NCBI GenBank assembly: GCA_044345405.1
Contig: JBIJBE010000022.1
Span: forward strand, 1-56,986
Direction of reading: 5' to 3'
Length of the DNA: 56,986 bases
Source of the DNA: Bdellovibrionota bacterium
GTDB lineage: Bacteria > Bdellovibrionota_C > UBA2361 > OMII01
The notes below the pieces were generated by a model, which was not told the DNA's origin, ran no database searches, and saw only the letters and a list, made by a program, of their open reading frames with translations. Position numbers and translations under genes: made by a program. Shown here one piece after another: positions 1 through 10,615 of the stretch (position 1 is the stretch's first letter; every line of letters starts with the position of its first letter).

Positions 1-200
1 AAATGTTGGACCTGTTGATGCACGTAACGCGGCGGTCAGGAATGACCGCCCTCCCTAATACCGGGTCGGCACGCGGGAGGGCGACGATTCCTCGTCGCCG
101 AAATGTTGGACCTGTTGATGTACGTAACGCGGCGGTCAGGAATGACCGCCCTCCCTAATACCGGGTCGGTCCGTGGGAGGGCGACCGTCCTCCCGCGACG
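1..200. repeat. 100-bp tandem repeat made of alternating inverted REP-like palindromes (BIME/REPIN-like)
   Basis: 1-100 is repeated at 101-~185. Palindromes CGGCGGTCAGGAATGACCGCCCTCCC (30-55, 130-155) and GGGAGGGCGACGATTCCTCGTCGCCG (75-100) lie in opposite orientations. Confidence 0.85.
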
Positions 201-295
201 GTGCTCGGGACAGGTCGGTTGCCGAAAGGTCGCGAGCCCTCAATCAACATCCGTGTTTTAGGTGCGTTTTCCAATAAGTATGCTAGCCTAGCGCC

Positions 296-2197
296 GTGAT
301 TTCCCAAGAGAGTATCGAGCGCGTCAAAGCGTCAGCCAACATCGTTGAGGTCGTCTCTGAGACGGTAAAGCTCCGTCGCTCGGGGATGCACTACTCGGGA
401 CTCTGTCCATTTCACTCTGAGCGCTCCCCATCGTTTCATGTTCGAGAATCAACGAACAGTTATCACTGCTTCGGCTGCGGCGCGTCAGGAAATGTGATCT
501 CCTACGTCATGGCGATGCGAGCGATGACCTTTCCCGACGCGGTTGAGTACCTGGCTGGTCGATACGGTATCGAGCTCAAATTTGAGAATAGTAAACGCCA
601 GGGTCCAACGGTGGACCGGGAGAAGCTCTTTGATGTCTGTCGCCTCGCGCATCTGTACTTCCGCAAATCGTTACTCAACGTAAAAGGCGGCGAGGGTGAA
701 TTCAAGAAGGTTGGTGACTACCTCAAGAAGCGGCTGTTGACCGCTGACGCTATTAATCATTTCGGTATCGGCTACAGCCCCAATCAACGTGGCGCGCTGA
801 TCGAAGTCTTAAAGCAGAACGGTGTCAATGAGGAGACGATGCTGCAGTCGGGGCTCGTTCGTCGAAGCGCCGCCGGTGATCTCTACGAACTCTTCCGTGG
901 ACGACTGATCTTTCCGATCTTTGTCGACGCGAAGCGGATAGCTGGATTTGGTGGTCGAATCATTCCGGGCATCCAAGAGCCGGCGTACGAGGCTCAGTCC
1001 CCGAAATACGTTAATTCCCCTGAAACCCCGATTTATCAGAAGAGTCGCACGATCTTTGGATTGCCTCAGGCGATGGGCGCGATACGAGACTCGAAAGAGG
1101 TCTACATCGTTGAGGGATACATGGACGTCATCGGTCTCGCGATGCGGGGCGTGCACAACGTTGTGGCGTGTTGCGGCACGGCGATGACCGAGGCTCATGT
1201 GAAACGCCTCGCCGGCGTATGCAATCGAATCCATCTTCTCTTCGATGGAGACTCCGCGGGGCGTAACGCCGCGGCGAAATCATTTCCTGTGGCGAAGAAC
1301 GCTGAAGTCGATATAACCGCGTGCTTCCTTCCCGAGGAGGTGGATCCTGACGATTTCGCGAAGCAGCACGGTGCCGGCACAGCGGAGGCGCTTAAGGCTC
1401 TTCCGAAGTCTGAGCCGATCGATGTGTATATCGATGGTCTCTTACAGAAGGCGGGATGTTCGGAGAACGAGCGGCCCGGTCCGAACCTCTTGGGTAAGTT
1501 GTGTGATGAGGTCGCCAAGACCTTGAGCGGTGTGGAGCGAGAGGTCGTTCGCTCCACGTTGATCACGCGAGCGGCGCGTCGACTCGGGGTCGAGATGAAG
1601 CATCTTGAGAAGATGATGGGGGGAGGTGGCGCTTCGGCTCCCCAGAAACAGCCAGCGTCGGCGTCTGCTCCGGTCGCTCCTCGTGTGGATACCCCTGGGG
1701 CCGCCGCCACGACATCCCGAGCGGTAGCTCGTAGGCTTGAGAGCCTTCCACGGATAGACCTCGACGTGCTTCGAGCGATCATGGTTCTCAAGGGCGAGGT
1801 CGTCGATGAGCTTCTTAAGAGCCCAGAGATGTGTGAGGAGCTCCAACCGGAGACCCTCCGCTTCGTATCCGTCTTTAGCGAGCTCCTCCACGATGATTCG
1901 GAGGATGAGGAGCGTCAGCGTCTAGCCACCAAGGAGCTTCTACAGTCCCTCGGGTCTGATTGGGTTGCCCTCTGGAAGGAGGCATACAAGATGGTCAAAG
2001 CGGGTGTAAGTATGCGAGACCTGTACCAAGGTTGCCGCGTCGCGCTCCGTCGGGAGAAGCTCAAGCGGTTGCTTGAGGAGAGCAAAAGGGAGCTGATTGA
2101 GGGGGGGTTAAGCTCCGATGAACAGTTGGAGGTCTCAGAGCGAATCCGAGCCCTCAAGAGTCAGATGGATAGCTTCGCCCGGGGGGTGGACCTCTAA
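296..2197 (+). CDS. dnaG: DNA primase
   Basis: CHC2 zinc finger (CPFH..CFGC), PKYVNSPET, Toprim EGYMD and DGDSAG motifs; directly upstream of rpoD. Confidence 0.97.
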   Translation: MISQESIERVKASANIVEVVSETVKLRRSGMHYSGLCPFHSERSPSFHVRESTNSYHCFGCGASGNVISYVMAMRAMTFPDAVEYLAGRYGIELKFENSKRQGPTVDREKLFDVCRLAHLYFRKSLLNVKGGEGEFKKVGDYLKKRLLTADAINHFGIGYSPNQRGALIEVLKQNGVNEETMLQSGLVRRSAAGDLYELFRGRLIFPIFVDAKRIAGFGGRIIPGIQEPAYEAQSPKYVNSPETPIYQKSRTIFGLPQAMGAIRDSKEVYIVEGYMDVIGLAMRGVHNVVACCGTAMTEAHVKRLAGVCNRIHLLFDGDSAGRNAAAKSFPVAKNAEVDITACFLPEEVDPDDFAKQHGAGTAEALKALPKSEPIDVYIDGLLQKAGCSENERPGPNLLGKLCDEVAKTLSGVEREVVRSTLITRAARRLGVEMKHLEKMMGGGGASAPQKQPASASAPVAPRVDTPGAAATTSRAVARRLESLPRIDLDVLRAIMVLKGEVVDELLKSPEMCEELQPETLRFVSVFSELLHDDSEDEERQRLATKELLQSLGSDWVALWKEAYKMVKAGVSMRDLYQGCRVALRREKLKRLLEESKRELIEGGLSSDEQLEVSERIRALKSQMDSFARGVDL

Positions 2198-2431
2198 CCC
2201 TTAAATAGTTAGTATCCCACGATCTCTTTCCAGTGGGCGGGGGCAGGGTGCATACTCTCGCCGTTACCCGTCGGGAGAGTGGTTGTCGGAACATACTCTC
2301 TCACACACGTTGAGAGATGGTGTAACGCGCGGAGTGCGAGTGTAGTTGTCATCACGTTGTGCGCTCAGCGTCACATCCGCGCGTCGCGCATAGCGGTGAT
2401 CCGAGTCGGAAAATTTCATTGTTAATCGTTC

Positions 2432-4810
2432 GTGGCTAGTCCAAGTGGAGTTGCGGTGGTGGTTCGAAAGAAAAGTGGAGCAGGTCGAGGCAAGATTCTT
2501 CGCAAAAGCGGAGTCAAGCAGAAGTCCAAAGGCGCACCCAAGAAGGGCACGAGCAAGAAGACAATTTCAAAGAGAGAAAAAGTTAGAAAAGTAGCGGTGA
2601 CGTTGAAGAAGAACTCAACGTTGAAAGCCGCGGCCCGTGAGCGATTGAAGAAAGCGCGGACTGAACCCGCGTCCGCCACACCGATTAAGAAGACCGCGAA
2701 AGATCTCAAGGAGAAAACGATCGCCCCTGTTGTTTCGACAGGCTCCGCCGCGAAGAAACTCCAGCCTGAGGTTGTGACCGCGCAGGTTAAGCCTCTCGTT
2801 AAGCCGCTGACTAAAGAGCCTCGCAAAGGCCGTGACTCTGAGAAGGATGCCTCGGGTGGGCAGATTGATCGCGATCTCGGTGTGGCGGACCTTGATGACG
2901 GTTTGCAGGAACTCACAGGCTTTGAGGTCAGCGTTGAGGCTGACATGGGCGATATCGACAGCTCCCTTGACCTGAAGGAGCGCGGTGATATCGAGAGCCG
3001 AATCAACCGCCTCTTGGAGGTAGGAAAGGAGAAGGGATACCTCACGATGGATGAGGTGAACGAGGCCCTCGCCGGTGAAGTTATGTCTGAGGATCAGGTC
3101 GATGAGGTGATCGCCAACTTCGGTGAGCACGATATCGACATCATCGAGGCCCCGGCGGACGCTCGCGAGGATGACGCCGAGGCGCCCGCGGGAATCGAGC
3201 CTCCAGCTGAGGTGATCGACGCCGGTTCGCTCGGACGCAGCACCGACCCTGTTCGACAATATCTTCGAGAGATGGGTAACGTGAGTCTTCTTACCCGTGA
3301 GGGTGAGGTTGAGATCGCGAAGAGAATTGAGTCCGGACTCCTGGCGGTGCGTGAGCAACTTCTCAAGCAACCGCTCTCGCTCGATTACGTTGTGACCCTC
3401 TTCGACATGGTTCGCGACGATCAGATCCGTTTGCGTGACCTCTTCGCCGAGGATGACGCTGAGGCCGAAGCCCAAAAAGAGGCGGAGGAAGAGGAGGAAG
3501 AGGAGCCTAAGTTCGATGAGGACGGTCAGGAGATCGCCCCGAAGCCCACTCCTCAAAGTGAGGAGGATGAGGCTCAGAAGAAGAAGTTCCTCGCCAAGGC
3601 CCTTCCGTACAAGAAGGCGCTCAAAGAAACTCGCTCTCTCTATGAGCAGCTCTTAGAGCTCCCCGTCGAGAAGCGCGCTGATTCTGATCGCGAGAAGAAG
3701 TTCGCTCGTATGCTCACAAAGAACGCCGCTCGCATCGAGGAGCTGAACCTCAATCAGAAGCAGTTCCACAAGATGATTCAGCTCGTCAAAGACGGTGATG
3801 AGGAGAGCCGACAACTTCTGCGTGGTATTGATACCGCGGCTCGCAAGCTCGGTACTACCGCTGACCAGTTGATCGATTCACTCGCTGACCTGCTCTCTGA
3901 GGACCAGGTAGCCGTGAAACGCGCTGGCAAGCGACTCAAGTTGAAGAGCACAGACCTTAAGCACTGGGAGGAGCCGCTACGACGCGCGCTTGGAACAGCT
4001 AAGGCCCTTGAGGAGCGGGTGATGATGAGCGTGTCAGGTTTCTCTGACAGCGTTCGTATCTTGAAGGATGGCGAGGTAAGAGCCCGTCTCGCGAAGGATC
4101 AGCTCATTGAGGCTAACCTTCGTCTCGTGGTTTCTATAGCGAAGAAGTACACGAACCGTGGTCTCCAGTTCTTGGATCTGATCCAAGAGGGAAATATCGG
4201 TTTGATGAAGGCGGTTGATAAGTTCGAGTATCAACGTGGATACAAGTTCTCAACGTACGCCACATGGTGGATCCGTCAGGCTATTACCCGAGCGATCGCT
4301 GACCAGGCGCGAATCATTCGTATCCCGGTTCACATGATCGAGACGATCAATAAGCTCGTGAGAACCTCTCGACAGCTGGTTCAGGAACTTGGTCGTGAGC
4401 CAACGCCGGAGGAGATCGCCGAGAAGATGGAGATCCCGATCGATAAGGTTCGCAAGGTCTTGAAGATCGCCAAAGAGCCGATCTCCCTTGAGACACCGAT
4501 CGGCGAGGAGGAGGATTCTCATCTCGGTGACTTCATCGAGGATAAGCGGGTTGTTTCGCCAGCGAACGCTGTCGTTAACATGAATCTGCAAGAGCAGACT
4601 CGTAAAGTTCTCGCGACCCTTACCCCTCGAGAGGAGAAGGTATTGCGTATGCGTTTCGGTATCGGCGAGAAGAGCGATCACACCTTGGAAGAGGTGGGGC
4701 AGAACTTCGACGTTACTCGAGAGCGTATCCGTCAGATTGAGGCGAAGGCGCTCCGTAAGTTGCGTCACCCAAGCCGAAGCAAGAGACTTCGTGGTTTCAT
4801 GGATAAGTAG
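2432..4810 (+). CDS. rpoD: Primary sigma factor sigma70 with Lys-rich N-terminal extension (start uncertain)
   Basis: [41 protein letters not shown] and [19 protein letters not shown] motifs. Confidence 0.98.
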   Translation: MASPSGVAVVVRKKSGAGRGKILRKSGVKQKSKGAPKKGTSKKTISKREKVRKVAVTLKKNSTLKAAARERLKKARTEPASATPIKKTAKDLKEKTIAPVVSTGSAAKKLQPEVVTAQVKPLVKPLTKEPRKGRDSEKDASGGQIDRDLGVADLDDGLQELTGFEVSVEADMGDIDSSLDLKERGDIESRINRLLEVGKEKGYLTMDEVNEALAGEVMSEDQVDEVIANFGEHDIDIIEAPADAREDDAEAPAGIEPPAEVIDAGSLGRSTDPVRQYLREMGNVSLLTREGEVEIAKRIESGLLAVREQLLKQPLSLDYVVTLFDMVRDDQIRLRDLFAEDDAEAEAQKEAEEEEEEEPKFDEDGQEIAPKPTPQSEEDEAQKKKFLAKALPYKKALKETRSLYEQLLELPVEKRADSDREKKFARMLTKNAARIEELNLNQKQFHKMIQLVKDGDEESRQLLRGIDTAARKLGTTADQLIDSLADLLSEDQVAVKRAGKRLKLKSTDLKHWEEPLRRALGTAKALEERVMMSVSGFSDSVRILKDGEVRARLAKDQLIEANLRLVVSIAKKYTNRGLQFLDLIQEGNIGLMKAVDKFEYQRGYKFSTYATWWIRQAITRAIADQARIIRIPVHMIETINKLVRTSRQLVQELGREPTPEEIAEKMEIPIDKVRKVLKIAKEPISLETPIGEEEDSHLGDFIEDKRVVSPANAVVNMNLQEQTRKVLATLTPREEKVLRMRFGIGEKSDHTLEEVGQNFDVTRERIRQIEAKALRKLRHPSRSKRLRGFMDK

Positions 4811-4822
4811 GAATTCGAGCTG

Positions 4823-5425
4823 ATGAAGCGTATCGCGTTGGTTCTTTCGGTCGCGGCGGTTGTCTTTGGTTCTAGTTGCGTTACCGGGTGCGGGCGCTAC
4901 AAGCCGGCGCTCCCTCCTGAGATGTTTGCCCCGAAGGCGGTGGACGCGCTGACCGTAACCGCCGCTGAAGGTGGGGTGTTCTTCGCGTGGACCGCGCCGG
5001 ATGAGGATCGCCGAGGGAAGGAATTAAAGTCCATCGATGGATACGCGATTCAGCGCAAGGTCATCGCGCAGAAGGGTGATGAGACCAATCCGAAAGTTCG
5101 CTTCGAGACTATCGGTTTTGTGAGGGACCAGCACGTTATCGTGCGTGAGAACCTACGAAAGGAGGCTCGTGCCCAGGGCAAGATCGGCCGCACCGTCGAG
5201 AGCCCAGAGGAGTACACGAAGTTCTCCTTTGTAGACACGACAGCACAGCCATCAACAACGTACATGTACCAGGTCGTTCCGCGAAATGAGGGAGGAACAG
5301 ACGGGGCGGTCCGTCAGGTTGCCCGTGTGACCTTCAAGGGAAGCGCAAGTGATATCGCGATGGTGTCCGCTACCGAGGTTGTTGAGGACGATACCTCTCT
5401 TGATGATCGTGGCGCGCTTTCTTAG
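4823..5425 (+). CDS. Lipoprotein, probably fibronectin-III-like
   Basis: Signal peptide with lipobox-like VTGC, followed by GRYKPALPP. W..P, Y.I.R and YMYQVVP..GG pattern is typical of FN3 folds. Confidence 0.7.
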   Translation: MKRIALVLSVAAVVFGSSCVTGCGRYKPALPPEMFAPKAVDALTVTAAEGGVFFAWTAPDEDRRGKELKSIDGYAIQRKVIAQKGDETNPKVRFETIGFVRDQHVIVRENLRKEARAQGKIGRTVESPEEYTKFSFVDTTAQPSTTYMYQVVPRNEGGTDGAVRQVARVTFKGSASDIAMVSATEVVEDDTSLDDRGALS

Positions 5426-5488
5426 CGCGGCCTGATTCTTATCCTGAATAGATGGCGAGGCCCCGTCGCTTGCAATGACGTGGAGGTA

Positions 5489-5527
5489 GTCGTGGTTCGT
5501 AAACCGTCTACGGTTATCGGTTGACGC
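5489..5527. repeat. Degenerate copy of the dispersed AACCGTCGACGGTT hairpin family
   Basis: Core AACCGTCTACGGTT resembles the cores at ~39570, ~46012 and ~51414. Confidence 0.45.
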
Positions 5528-5653
5528 CGTTTCCCTCATCGGAATTCGTCCTCGTCTGAATGTGTGGGAATCCAAAAGTTTCTTTGATTTTTGCCGTGGC
5601 GCGGAGTACCGTCATACTTGTGCTTACACACAATTTTCAGCGAGGTTAGTGTC

Positions 5654-6544
5654 ATGACTACTTCCCCGTCCCTTACGCTGCGCGGAGTTCTTCCCGCCCT
5701 TGTCACACCGTTTACGAAAGACGGCTCTCGCGTCGACACTAAGTCTCTTGGCGCGCTGATTGAGAAACAGATCGCGGGGAAGGTTCATGGCGTCGTGGCG
5801 TGTGGCTCGACAGGAGAGGCATCAACCCTCTCAGAGGCTGAGTATGTTGAGGTGGTCAAGTTCGCTCGCGAGGTGACTCAAGGAAAGCTCCCGTGTGTCG
5901 CCGGTATCTCGGTAAGCTCAACGCATCGCGCGGTTCAGATGGCTCGGAGCATTAAAGAGCTCGGGTGTGACGCTATCCTTGTGGCGACACCTCCCTACAA
6001 TAAGCCTTCGCAGGCTGGCATCATCGAGCACTTCAAAGCGATTCAAGCGGCGAGTGGGTTGCCTCTTATCGCGTATAACGTGCCGGGACGAAGTGGTGTG
6101 GCGATAACGCCGGCGACCCTTGGAGCGTTAAGTCAGCAGGGCATCATCTCCGCTATTAAGGAGGCGAGTGGATCTGTGGATCTTCTTGCGGATACGATGC
6201 TCACGGTCCGACGGGATTGTCAGGTGCTCTCTGGTGATGATTCTCTGTTTTTGGCGACCCTCGCGTATGGCGGTCGGGGAATTATATCCGTTGTCGCGAA
6301 CGCTTTTCCTGGGGAGATGGTCGCGCTCTACGACGCGTTTGAGCGTGGCGATAACGCGGAGGCCTGCCGATTGCAGCTCGGTTTGTTGCCTCGGATACGA
6401 GCGGCTTTCATTGAAGCTAACCCGGTGCCCATAAAGGCCGCATTGGCACGGATGGGTGTGATAGAGAATGACGCGGTCCGCTTGCCGCTCACACCTCTTG
6501 CTCCAGGGAACTTTGAGCGGGTGTGTAAGGAGTATGTAGGATGA
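5654..6544 (+). CDS. dapA: 4-hydroxy-tetrahydrodipicolinate synthase
   Basis: ALVTPF, GSTGE, PPYNKPSQ, YNVPGRS and IKEASG motifs; adjacent to dapB. ATG 5654 preferred as start. Confidence 0.95.
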   Translation: MTTSPSLTLRGVLPALVTPFTKDGSRVDTKSLGALIEKQIAGKVHGVVACGSTGEASTLSEAEYVEVVKFAREVTQGKLPCVAGISVSSTHRAVQMARSIKELGCDAILVATPPYNKPSQAGIIEHFKAIQAASGLPLIAYNVPGRSGVAITPATLGALSQQGIISAIKEASGSVDLLADTMLTVRRDCQVLSGDDSLFLATLAYGGRGIISVVANAFPGEMVALYDAFERGDNAEACRLQLGLLPRIRAAFIEANPVPIKAALARMGVIENDAVRLPLTPLAPGNFERVCKEYVG

Positions 6545-7308
6545 ATCGGATCGGGGTTGTTGGCGCGAGCGGTAGAACAGGTCACCACGTCGTAGAGGCG
6601 TTGCTTTCGAGTTCGTCGAATGCGCTCCACGCCGCGTTGGTTTCCTCAAGCTCTTCCCGACTCGGAGAAGCGGTAGGCTCCTCCGGGGTCGCGTATTCCT
6701 CAGACATTACCGCCCTCATTGAGTGTGATGGCGTTATCGATTTCTCAACTCCTACGACCTCTGTAGCTGTCGCCCGCGTGTGCGCTGAGCACAGGAAGCC
6801 TCTTCTTGTCGCTACCACCGGGTTGAGCGCTGATGATACGCGGGTCATCGATGAGTGCGCGCGGGTTGCCCCTGTTTGTATCGCCCCAAATACATCGCTT
6901 GCTGCCACCGCGTTGAAGATGGCCGCTCGGTACCTGCAAGGAATTCTTGGGTCATCCTTCGATATCGAGGTCATGGAGATTCATCATCGAATGAAGAAAG
7001 ACGCTCCCTCAGGGACAGCGCTCAACGTGATCTCCGGGTTGACCGGCTCGAGCGAGAGCGTTGTTTTTGGGCGCGAGGGGCTTCGGAAGGATGGGGAGAT
7101 CGGGGTAGTTTCTCTTCGAGGAGGGGACGTTCCTGGTGACCATACGGTGTACTTCCTTGGTAACGGGGAGCGCATTGAGCTTACTCAGCGGGCACAGAAT
7201 CGGGCCATTTTCGGCACCGGGGCGGTCGTGCTTATCGAGCGTTTGATTGGAAAACCTGCCGGACTCTACCTCGTGGAGGACCTCCTTCAAGCGGGCACGA
7301 CTTGCTAG
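6541..7308 (+). CDS. dapB: 4-hydroxy-tetrahydrodipicolinate reductase
   Basis: GASGRTG, IDFS and EIHHRMKKDAPSGTA motifs. Confidence 0.95.
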   Translation: MNRIGVVGASGRTGHHVVEALLSSSSNALHAALVSSSSSRLGEAVGSSGVAYSSDITALIECDGVIDFSTPTTSVAVARVCAEHRKPLLVATTGLSADDTRVIDECARVAPVCIAPNTSLAATALKMAARYLQGILGSSFDIEVMEIHHRMKKDAPSGTALNVISGLTGSSESVVFGREGLRKDGEIGVVSLRGGDVPGDHTVYFLGNGERIELTQRAQNRAIFGTGAVVLIERLIGKPAGLYLVEDLLQAGTTC

Positions 7309-7587
7309 GTTTCTCTCGTCAAGGGGCTTTCTGCGTTGAAGGCCCCCCACGGAGAAGATGAAAACCCATTAAAAATAGTACGTTGCGCTGCGGGGATCCC
7401 CCTGTTATATCTCAAACCAAGGGCTCTAAAACGTTATTGTGCTCAGGGGCGCATCTCGGTTAAAAGCCACTGCATACGGTGATAAAGCGTTTGTTTTAGC
7501 TTTCCCGGGCGGAATTTAGTCTGTAAGCCTTAGGTGAAAAACCTTGGGAAAAATTTGGGTAAAAACGAAGTCAGGAATTAGCAACTT

Positions 7588-8454
7588 ATGAAGCGCGAGA
7601 AATCGAATTACATGATCCAGTCCGTATCTCATGCTCTTGATGTGCTTGAGGAGCTCTGCAAAGCGGCAGGAGAGGTTGGAGTGACTGAGCTCTCCAAGCG
7701 TCTCAAGTTGCACAAGAACAACGTGTTCCGTCTCCTCGCCACCCTTGAGTTGCGTGGCTACGTCGATCAGAACAAAGAGACCGAGGACTATCGTCTTGGT
7801 GTGAAGGCTCTTCAGATGGGGCAAGCATACCTCACCCAGAGCTCGCTCGTGGGTCGCGGTCTTCCGATCGTGAAGGCTCTTTCTGAGGCTATTGGGGAGA
7901 CCGTAAGCATCGCGGTTCTTCAGGCTGGTAACGTTCAGTTCCCAATCAGCATCGAGTCGAAGCGTCCAGTTAAGGCCTCGCCTCGAATCGCGGTATCGTT
8001 CCCAGCTAAGCTCAGCGCCGCTGGACGCCTCCTTACCGCGCAGCTCCCAGACGCTACCCTCAACGAGCTTCTCGCTGGGAATACCGTTCAGGACGTCGCT
8101 ATCCGCAATCAGTTGACGGAGCTTCGCTCGACCGGTCAGATCGTTGATCGCGGCGCGATTGAGGCTGATGTCGTTTCGATCTGCAAGATCGTTCGTGGAA
8201 ACAACAACGAAGTTGTTGGAGCGATCGAGGTTCTCGTGCCTCAGTACCGCGCTAAGCTCGACCTCATAACACCAAAGATCGAGGAGGCGGCAGTCGCTCT
8301 CTCAACGGCTCTTGGTGCTTCGAAGTCGGGTCTCACAACTTCGCTTGAGAAGGAGGTCAGTGCGCCTCCGGCGACGCAGCCGCCAACCACTCCCGCCACA
8401 ACGGGGGGACAGCCGCAGCCAGCGGTTGGGGCGACGGCTCGAATCATGAAGTAA
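7588..8454 (+). CDS. IclR-family transcriptional regulator
   Basis: IQSVSHALDVLE...GVTELSKRLKLHKNNVFRLLATL HTH, YRLG motif, IclR effector-type C-terminal region and a Pro/Thr tail. Confidence 0.9.
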   Translation: MKREKSNYMIQSVSHALDVLEELCKAAGEVGVTELSKRLKLHKNNVFRLLATLELRGYVDQNKETEDYRLGVKALQMGQAYLTQSSLVGRGLPIVKALSEAIGETVSIAVLQAGNVQFPISIESKRPVKASPRIAVSFPAKLSAAGRLLTAQLPDATLNELLAGNTVQDVAIRNQLTELRSTGQIVDRGAIEADVVSICKIVRGNNNEVVGAIEVLVPQYRAKLDLITPKIEEAAVALSTALGASKSGLTTSLEKEVSAPPATQPPTTPATTGGQPQPAVGATARIMK

Positions 8455-8458
8455 GTCA

Positions 8459-8490
8459 AAGGCCCCTTAACAAGGGGCCTTATCATTTAT
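8459..8490 (+). terminator. Hairpin terminator after IclR gene
   Basis: AAGGCCCCTT-AAC-AAGGGGCCTT perfect stem followed by a T-rich tail. Confidence 0.65.
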
Positions 8491-8516
8491 AGCGTACTAG
8501 GTTGATGTAGGAGTAG

Positions 8517-9665
8517 GTGATGTTGCCTCTCAGCGCTTTGTCATCCGAGCAAGAGTCTCTTCGAGAGATCGCTTCTCGTTTCGCCACAGAAAAAATTCGC
8601 CCCGTAGCCGCGGCTCTTGATGAGCGCGCGGAGTTTCCGAAAGCTATCATTCAAGAGGGGCATGCCCTTGGATTGATCAACCTGACCATCCCGCCCGAGT
8701 ACGGTGGGAGTGGGCTCGGCATCTTCGACGCGTGCCTCGTCATCGAGGAGATCGCGTGGGGATGCTCCGGATTTGGCACCTCGATGGTCGCCAATGACTT
8801 GGCATTGACGCCGATCCGAATCGGCGCGACGGAGGAGCAGAAGAAGCGTTTCCTCGAGCCCGTCGTTTCGAGCGGCCAATTCGCCTCGTTCTGCTTGACT
8901 GAGCCCGGCGCGGGTTCTGACGCCGCCGGTCTCCAAACCACTATTGAGGACGGTGGGGACGCCTGGATTATCAACGGATCGAAACAGTGGATCACGAACG
9001 CTGGCTATGCGTCGCAGTTTACTGTGTTCGCGTCCTACGATCGAACGAAGCGTCACAAGGGGATCTGCTGCGTCGTTGTTCCGCGCGCTACTCCCGGTGT
9101 TTCCGTAGGTCACCACGAGAACAAGATGGGGCAGCGGTGTTCAGATACCTGCGTAGTGACCTTCGATAACGTCCGAGTGCCGAAGGACCACCTCATTGGT
9201 GGGCTTGGCGATGGATTTAAGATCGCGATGCAAACCCTGGACGCGAGCCGGCCGATGACCGCGGCTATCGCTGTTGGTATCGGGCGAGCGGCGTTTGAAC
9301 ACGCGCTCGCGTATTCCAAGGAGCGAAAGCAATTTGGAGCCGCGATTAGCACCTTTCAAGGTATACAATTCCTGTTGGCTGATATGGCGACCGCCGTTGA
9401 CGCCTCCCGTTTGCTCACCTGGCGTTCGGCGTGGCTCCTTGATCAGGGAGCTTCGGCGTCGGTTGAGTCGAGTATGGCCAAGCGGATGAGCGCCGATACC
9501 GCGATGCAGGTGGCGACCGATGCTGTGCAGATCTTCGGTGGATACGGCTATACTAAGGATTATCCCGTTGAAAAGCTGATGCGCGACGCCAAGCTCTTGC
9601 AGATTTACGAGGGAACGAGCCAGATTCAACGGATCGTTATCGCTCGAGAGCTGCTGAAGGGGTAG
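8517..9665 (+). CDS. Acyl-CoA dehydrogenase
   Basis: [30 protein letters not shown] and [10 protein letters not shown] motifs. Confidence 0.96.
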   Translation: MMLPLSALSSEQESLREIASRFATEKIRPVAAALDERAEFPKAIIQEGHALGLINLTIPPEYGGSGLGIFDACLVIEEIAWGCSGFGTSMVANDLALTPIRIGATEEQKKRFLEPVVSSGQFASFCLTEPGAGSDAAGLQTTIEDGGDAWIINGSKQWITNAGYASQFTVFASYDRTKRHKGICCVVVPRATPGVSVGHHENKMGQRCSDTCVVTFDNVRVPKDHLIGGLGDGFKIAMQTLDASRPMTAAIAVGIGRAAFEHALAYSKERKQFGAAISTFQGIQFLLADMATAVDASRLLTWRSAWLLDQGASASVESSMAKRMSADTAMQVATDAVQIFGGYGYTKDYPVEKLMRDAKLLQIYEGTSQIQRIVIARELLKG

Positions 9666-9674
9666 CTCTCCCGT

Positions 9675-10022
9675 ATGGCGGAGATCTTTGATAAAGCGGG
9701 GGCCTTAGAGCGGGTAGGGGACGATCTCGTGCTCCTCAAGGACCTCATCCGCTTGTGTCATGAACAGTGTGATTCCCGGATGATGGTGCTCATGCACGAT
9801 GTGCGGCACAAGGATCTCCCGGCGGTAAAGCGTCACGCTCACCTCCTCAAAGGATCGCTTGGAAATGTTGGGGCGACCCAGGCCTACAACGCCGCTCTCT
9901 CGTTGGAGCAGGCGGCGGTAGCCGAGGAGGTTGGACGTGTTGAGCCACTCGCTGAGGCTCTTATTGAGGCTATCAATCGATACTTTGAAGTGGTCGCCAG
10001 CGCACTGGGGGAGGAGCAATAA
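9675..10022 (+). CDS. Stand-alone Hpt phosphotransfer protein
   Basis: AHLLKGSLGNVGA Hpt motif; all-helical 115 aa. Confidence 0.88.
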   Translation: MAEIFDKAGALERVGDDLVLLKDLIRLCHEQCDSRMMVLMHDVRHKDLPAVKRHAHLLKGSLGNVGATQAYNAALSLEQAAVAEEVGRVEPLAEALIEAINRYFEVVASALGEEQ

Positions 10023-10050
10023 AAAAGCAGGCTCGGGGCCTGCTTTTTTG
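10021..10050. terminator. Bidirectional intrinsic terminator
   Basis: AAAAAAGCAGGC-TCGGG-GCCTGCTTTTTT between convergent genes. Confidence 0.85.
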
Positions 10051-10070
10051 TGTCTCTCGCATGAGGTGGC

Positions 10071-10376
10071 TTACACCATAACGGCAGAGATCTGCTTGAG
10101 GGTCTGAACGCCCTGATTTGTGATCTGCCAGGTCTTTGATGTGAAGTCCCCCTCTGGGAACGGCGAAACCAGCTTCTGTCCCTCAAGGATGAAGAGGAAC
10201 CGTTGGGTCTCCTTCTCATCGCGAAGTCCGCTCAGCTCAGCTATCTCGTCAATCTGAAGTCGACGAGGCTCGATAGCGGTAACGGCTTGATGTGGAGCGA
10301 GGGCGTTTAAGATCTGGATTTGGCTTACGGATGAGGGTGAGAGACGCTTCTTCTTTCCACCTTGATTTGACTCCAT
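10071..10376 (-). CDS. Small hypothetical protein, probable winged-helix DNA-binding fold
   Basis: Strong SD AAGGAGG. Sequence ILNAL...IDEIAELSGL...LFILEGQKLV...WQITNQG fits a wHTH pattern. Confidence 0.7.
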   Translation of the reverse strand: MESNQGGKKKRLSPSSVSQIQILNALAPHQAVTAIEPRRLQIDEIAELSGLRDEKETQRFLFILEGQKLVSPFPEGDFTSKTWQITNQGVQTLKQISAVMV

Positions 10377-10423
10377 GCTCAATCCTCCTTACTGCGTTAA
10401 TGTCCGACGTGATCCGGTCCTAG

Positions 10424-10452
10424 AGTATACGGCCGACGGCCCGAATACGCAA
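10424..10452 (-). promoter_or_regulatory. sigma70-type promoter of the wHTH gene
   Basis: TTGCGT-N17-TATACT on the minus strand. Confidence 0.55.
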
Positions 10453-10615
10453 ATCGGGCGCCTCGCCCAAAACGGCCTCCAGAAGAGGATCGATAGCCTC
10501 CGTACCTATGCCGGGCTAGGGGGTCCAAGCTATCGATTAAAGGGAGCTTTTATCCCCCCAAGGGAGCCTTTGTGCCGTTGCTACTTAGCTATGCTTACGA
10601 TACAACCAAGGCCGT

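Noticed and set aside
1-200. Possible CRISPR array
   Set aside because: The intervening sequences repeat too, palindromes alternate in orientation, and there are no cas genes.
2615-3556. Long antisense ORFs (also 31515-32480, 35960-36703, 49134-49913)
   Set aside because: Shadow frames of well-supported genes in GC-rich DNA.
5426-5653. Lysine riboswitch before dapA
   Set aside because: No AGAGGNGC-led multi-stem architecture; the hairpin matches the dispersed repeat family instead.
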